From contig CAZQQT010000007.1 of assembly GCA_964595645.1 (NCBI GenBank), positions 1-64,000 on the forward strand: DNA of 64,000 bases, read 5' to 3'. Every line of letters begins with the position of its first letter. Position 1 is the first letter of the stretch. The DNA is from an uncultured Thermococci archaeon (lineage in GTDB: Archaea > Methanobacteriota_B > Thermococci > Methanofastidiosales > B48-G16). Under the pieces are notes generated by a model. It ran no database searches, had not been told where the DNA came from, and worked only from the letters and a program-made list of their open reading frames with translations. The translations under genes and the position numbers were made by a program. Of the stretch, positions 60,300 to 64,000 are shown piece by piece.

Positions 60300-60561
60300 A
60301 ATAACCTACACGAAGAGATTTAAGGAGCGACTGGAGGAGCTTGATAAAACGGTCAAGGGACGAGTATTGAAGAAGATAGAGGAATTCTGCATTCATGTCA
60401 ACAAGTACGGCGTTGATCCGAGACAGCACGGCAGCACCAAATTCATCGCAGATGGAAGGACATGGCGTCTCAGGATAGGGAATTACAGGGTTTTTTTCGA
60501 TATAACTGACGGTGAGATAACGTTCACCACGATTCTCCATAGAGATGTAGCCTACAGGTAA
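60286..60561 (+). CDS. relE: RelE/ParE family toxin
   Basis: YKITYT..F, WRLRIGNYRVFF, HR..AY. Confidence 0.9.
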   Translation: MSSYKITYTKRFKERLEELDKTVKGRVLKKIEEFCIHVNKYGVDPRQHGSTKFIADGRTWRLRIGNYRVFFDITDGEITFTTILHRDVAYR

Positions 60562-60779
60562 CGAGATCATCCCATTCAATTATCTCCATTTTTTCCGTGT
60601 ATGTTAAAATTTCTATATATCTACACGAGCACAGGTACAAAAACTAACATCTCTATGGTCTAGAAATGGAATATGTACACTAGTTTCTATATAAGATAAA
60701 TTTTTTAGTCACATGACGAAAAGAGTGTATATAAAGCTAAAAAAAACAGTAAGTACATTGCCCCTTCCAATTCTCCTCT

Positions 60780-61158
60780 TCATTTATCGTTCCTATTGCA
60801 CAGTACTGTTCCCTCTTCTAGCGCCCTTGAAATCAATTGATTGTCCGATTTTTTCATCGTTTCAATCTCTTTTTCTGTATATGGAAAAATATCCACAGGG
60901 ATTGGAACGTTGGTGAAGTAATCTAAAAATTTAGGAATTCTATCAAAGAATCGTGTATACTCGCTCTCTGAGTACCAACAGAATGTCTGCATCACTGTAG
61001 AGACCAAAGCTATCGTTTGTTAGTGAACCGAAAAGGATAACGTGAGTAAGGGATGCGTGCTCCTCTATAAGTGTTGAAGCACTTTTTCGAAGTTCCTGGA
61101 GAATGAGTTCCTTATTCCTGTAAATGTTCTCTGCAGAACTCGATGATCTCAGTGGCAT
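60780..61158 (-). pseudogene. MNT nucleotidyltransferase, frameshifted
   Basis: LFGSL...SDADILLVL in one frame; VDIFPYT..E..ALEEG in another; shift near 60965. Confidence 0.8.
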
Positions 61159-61484
61159 ATCGTATCGCCTCTTTTGCTTCGTTTTCAGTAAAAAAATCTT
61201 TTTGATAAGGATATAAACTTTTTTAAATCCAGAATTATAGGTAACTAGGAACTTTAACACCTTTTTTTAAAATTACATCCATACCGCAAATTAACTAAAA
61301 ATTCATCCTCTTCAGGTAAACCCTACGCAGGTATGACCGTGTGGTCGTTTCTAATCTTCTAAGACGTGTAATTTGCATCGCTATATATTTCACGCTGTTA
61401 AGAAGTCCGTTTTGATCCATTTTAGCTCAAAAGGAGAACTTCAGAAGCTCGCTGAGTGGCAATCGGTGGATGGAGTTATACGTT

Positions 61485-61946
61485 TTATAATTTTACGACG
61501 GTGAGAGAATCTACTTGTCGAAAATCGTCATCAAATGTAGCAATATCCGTTACCCCATGTAATTGACAGGTAGCGGCGATGAGGGCATCGTTGGGGAGGA
61601 GATGGAACTGGTACATCATATCTGTCAATGATTGTATCTCAATTTTCACATCGAGAACACATATATCTAACTCGTTGATCATTGAAATGAATTTGGAGAG
61701 TTCTTTTTCTATCTTATTGTAACCTTCAGCTGAGACATATTTCCTTGCAGAATAAGTGCCTGAAATTCCTTTTTCTTCAAGAATCTCTCTTGTAAGAATG
61801 TACAATGTTTCTTCAATTACATTCATCGAGGTAACGAGAGCGTTTTCATCAGCAATTACCTTTTCCAGAAGCTTTTTTGCATCTTTAGATTTCTCAGATT
61901 GTGTTAAAAAGCTCACAAACACATTGGTATCAATAAATACTTCCAC
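61485..61946 (-). CDS. vapC: PIN-domain (VapC) toxin
   Basis: FIDTNVF, EE, LLPNDALIAA, IATFDDDF; GTG start at 61946. Confidence 0.92.
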   Translation of the reverse strand: MEVFIDTNVFVSFLTQSEKSKDAKKLLEKVIADENALVTSMNVIEETLYILTREILEEKGISGTYSARKYVSAEGYNKIEKELSKFISMINELDICVLDVKIEIQSLTDMMYQFHLLPNDALIAATCQLHGVTDIATFDDDFRQVDSLTVVKL

Positions 61947-62140
61947 TATCTCACCATGCTCTCTGTCCGCAGCGTTTCTATCTTCTCCTGATCGAGTGAG
62001 AGAGGTATCGACTGATAGTACTTTAACAACACCTTCTTTTGGTCTACTATCCTTATTTTTCCCTTCGATCCTTCTTTTAGGTCCACCTTCCTCACTGGTT
62101 TGAACACCCCATCCTCGTAGATGACCTCTATCTCTTCCAT
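61946..62140 (-). CDS. DUF104/AF2212-type antitoxin
   Basis: IEVIYEDGVFKP..VDLKEG. Confidence 0.9.
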   Translation of the reverse strand: MEEIEVIYEDGVFKPVRKVDLKEGSKGKIRIVDQKKVLLKYYQSIPLSLDQEKIETLRTESMVR

Positions 62141-62263
62141 GCACTCTCTTATTTCGGATGAATAAAAAGGTTTTGTAGATTTTATTCATACGGCGTGTCG
62201 CCGTATAATCTGGCGTAGTGCAGATGGTTACTCTTTCTCGTATCTCCCTTCCCATCTTCTATC

Positions 62264-62293
62264 TTTATAAATTTTTTCATCATGTAACGAAAA
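62264..62293. repeat. 30-bp direct repeat copy 2
   Basis: tttataaattttttcatcatgtaacgaaaa. Confidence 0.85.
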
Positions 62294-62324
62294 CTTTATA
62301 AATGAAGACTTGCATAATAAGTAT

Positions 62325-62699
62325 ATGAAACAAAAAATATTGTTTCGTAATAAAAAATATTGTCTTTTAGTGATCTGTCTCCTGCTTCTCCCAGTGGTGG
62401 GAGCAGAGGATGAGGTAGAGATAGAGACATTCTTCCTCTACCCGAACGGTGATGTCGTCAAACAGGAGGTGCCGACAGAGTCGTATACGGTCGATTTCAC
62501 CGAGAGTGATCTCGCACTCTGCAACGATCTTCTCCTCATGCTGGAGGAGACGTTACCGGATCAGCTGACGGCGAGACACATGCAGATGCTCGATCTGGCC
62601 CAGGAACACATCAACAGGGCAAACACTGCTGGAACTGGCGGAGACCTGGAGGAGGCGGTGACCCTCCTGAAAACGGTGTACTTTGAGGTTGCAGGGTGA
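62325..62699 (+). CDS. Hypothetical exported protein
   Basis: Signal peptide; TATA box about 23 nt upstream. Confidence 0.6.
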   Translation: MKQKILFRNKKYCLLVICLLLLPVVGAEDEVEIETFFLYPNGDVVKQEVPTESYTVDFTESDLALCNDLLLMLEETLPDQLTARHMQMLDLAQEHINRANTAGTGGDLEEAVTLLKTVYFEVAG

Positions 62700-62703
62700 G
62701 TTA

Positions 62704-63039
62704 ATGAGTATCGGCGATCTTATCAACGACGTGCTCGGCAGTGTCATCGGACGAAAATATACCACCTCCAAAGGAGAACAACGATTACAGGAACAGATCA
62801 GCGACCTCCGGCAGGAATACCGAGCCTCGTTGCTCGCGTTTGTGAAAAATCACTGGAACGAGTTCTCCCCCGAGGAACAGCGCTACTTCAAGGAAACCGT
62901 CGCGCGGGCGCACAGAAAAAAAAAGGAGAAAAACGAGTTTATCGAGGGGATGAAGTGGATCGGTGGGGTGATCGTCGTGTTGACTCTCGGGTTTTTCTTC
63001 TTCTTTTCGATGATGATGGTCGTGATGGCGGTCACATAA
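62704..63039 (+). CDS. Hypothetical protein with C-terminal TM helix
   Basis: GGTGA SD site; operon spacing. Confidence 0.6.
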   Translation: MSIGDLINDVLGSVIGRKYTTSKGEQRLQEQISDLRQEYRASLLAFVKNHWNEFSPEEQRYFKETVARAHRKKKEKNEFIEGMKWIGGVIVVLTLGFFFFFSMMMVVMAVT

Positions 63040-63061
63040 CATCTACCACAGAGGTGATACC

Positions 63062-63292
63062 ATGTGGACATACGATCTACCCAACGGTGAAGGATACATC
63101 GAACTCTCGTCATTCAGGGAGTGGAACGCGCTCTGGAAGGAGGTGACTGAGCTCTATCTTCTCGGCGACTTCGGCGTGTCGGAAGGAGTCATGACCGAAG
63201 AGCAAGTAGAGGAGATGATCGTGCAGAACCTCCGCAAAAAATATCAGGTGAAATCCTATACCGACGATCAATCGGAAGATCGTGAGGGGTAA
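63062..63292 (+). CDS. Hypothetical protein
   Basis: GAGGTGA SD site upstream of ATG. Confidence 0.6.
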   Translation: MWTYDLPNGEGYIELSSFREWNALWKEVTELYLLGDFGVSEGVMTEEQVEEMIVQNLRKKYQVKSYTDDQSEDREG

Positions 63293-63422
63293 TGTAGTGT
63301 GAACATTCCTTTCGGCACGATCAGTAGATGAAAGAAGGTTACATCCTTAGATTCTTTCCAAAGATGGTACGCATCGTGCACAGCTTGAAGCTTTTTTATA
63401 CTATCGTAAACGCTATAACACC

Positions 63423-63629
63423 ATGTCCAAGGTCATCAGTTTTAAGGTCCCCGAAGATATGGCAGAGGAGATCGATAAAGAGGTCAAGGAGGGGAATTAC
63501 CAGTCCCGTGGAGAGTTTTTGAGAGCGCTTATTAGGAAACTAGAAAGAAAGAAGCTTTCAGAAAAAGCCAAAAAGGACATAGAAGAGGCCAGGAAACAGG
63601 AGGGACGTCCTATAGATGAGCTCCTATGA
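63423..63629 (+). CDS. Duplicate RHH antitoxin (identical protein to 60093-60299); toxin partner lost
   Basis: Nucleotide-identical to copy 1 through ATGAGCTCCTAT of the relE start, then unrelated sequence. Confidence 0.88.
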   Translation: MSKVISFKVPEDMAEEIDKEVKEGNYQSRGEFLRALIRKLERKKLSEKAKKDIEEARKQEGRPIDELL

Positions 63630-63757
63630 AGTATATCTGTATCAAGAGGATACGGACAAGTACCTCTCCAGATCCATGAGTAACGAAGAACCCTGTCATT
63701 TTCTTTCCTTCAAACAGCAGCCCTGTATATCCCCTCTTGTGAACTCAATAGTGCAGA

Positions 63758-64000
63758 TTAATCTTTTAATTCCTTTTCAAGCAAGGGATGCAAAACTAAC
63801 GTAGAAAACACAAGTAGTACCGAGAATGTTATCCATACCAACCGATATCCTCCAGTATGTTCAATTACATATCCTCCCAAAAGTGAGGATAAAAATCCGC
63901 CGGACATGGCAACAGAATTGACAAACCCAATTGCCAGTCCTCTTGAACTCTGTTTTACTAATCTTGACACGACTGACAATAACGGTCCAAATGCCATAAA
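63758..64000 (-). CDS. MFS transporter, C-terminal part
   Basis: RGLAIGFVNS...GG..S..LGGYVIE.TGGY MFS C-terminal pattern; runs off the window. Confidence 0.75.
   Translation of the reverse strand, partial: FMAFGPLLSVVSRLVKQSSRGLAIGFVNSVAMSGGFLSSLLGGYVIEHTGGYRLVWITFSVLLVFSTLVLHPLLEKELKD

Noticed and set aside
61390-61415. CTGTTAAGAAGTC resembling an IS terminal repeat
   Set aside because: No partner inverted repeat or transposase remnant identified.
53300-63700. Integron-like cassette array (several genes end in TAAC)
   Set aside because: No convincing paired R''/R' attC stems found by eye, genes are in mixed orientation, and no intI is present. An IntegronFinder run would settle it.

Overview
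Archaeal chromosomal segment. The archaeal call rests on DGGGP synthase, type-2 IPP isomerase, the Sm-rpl37e pair, DtdA, a CCA-less tRNA-Thr(CGT) and BRE/TATA promoters. The gene style suggests an uncultured Thermococci-related lineage such as Theionarchaea or Methanofastidiosia, but that is inference only. Positions 1-32 kb are mostly housekeeping and metabolic genes: a >1180-aa PAS/GAF histidine kinase running off the left edge, mtnA-rnj-fni, Sm-rpl37e-dtdA, and an aconitase-citDEF-isocitrate dehydrogenase operon. Positions 32-53 kb hold secreted lipoproteins, a two-component cluster and a queD-queE-folE2-queC-DUF6884 operon. Positions 53-64 kb are an accessory region dense in toxin-antitoxin modules and pseudogenes. 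The four most notable items are: (1) a citrate lyase operon whose acyl-carrier subunit contains no serine, with no citC/G/X or citrate synthase in the operon; (2) a histidine kinase whose sensor resembles a Vut_1/YhhQ queuosine-precursor transporter, about 11 kb from the preQ0 operon; (3) a translationally coupled CARF-like (DUF6293)-wHTH plus beta-CASP nuclease pair; (4) two TA-carrying blocks bounded by direct repeats. No CRISPR array, rRNA or transposase was seen. All family assignments come from motif recognition by eye; no database searches were run.
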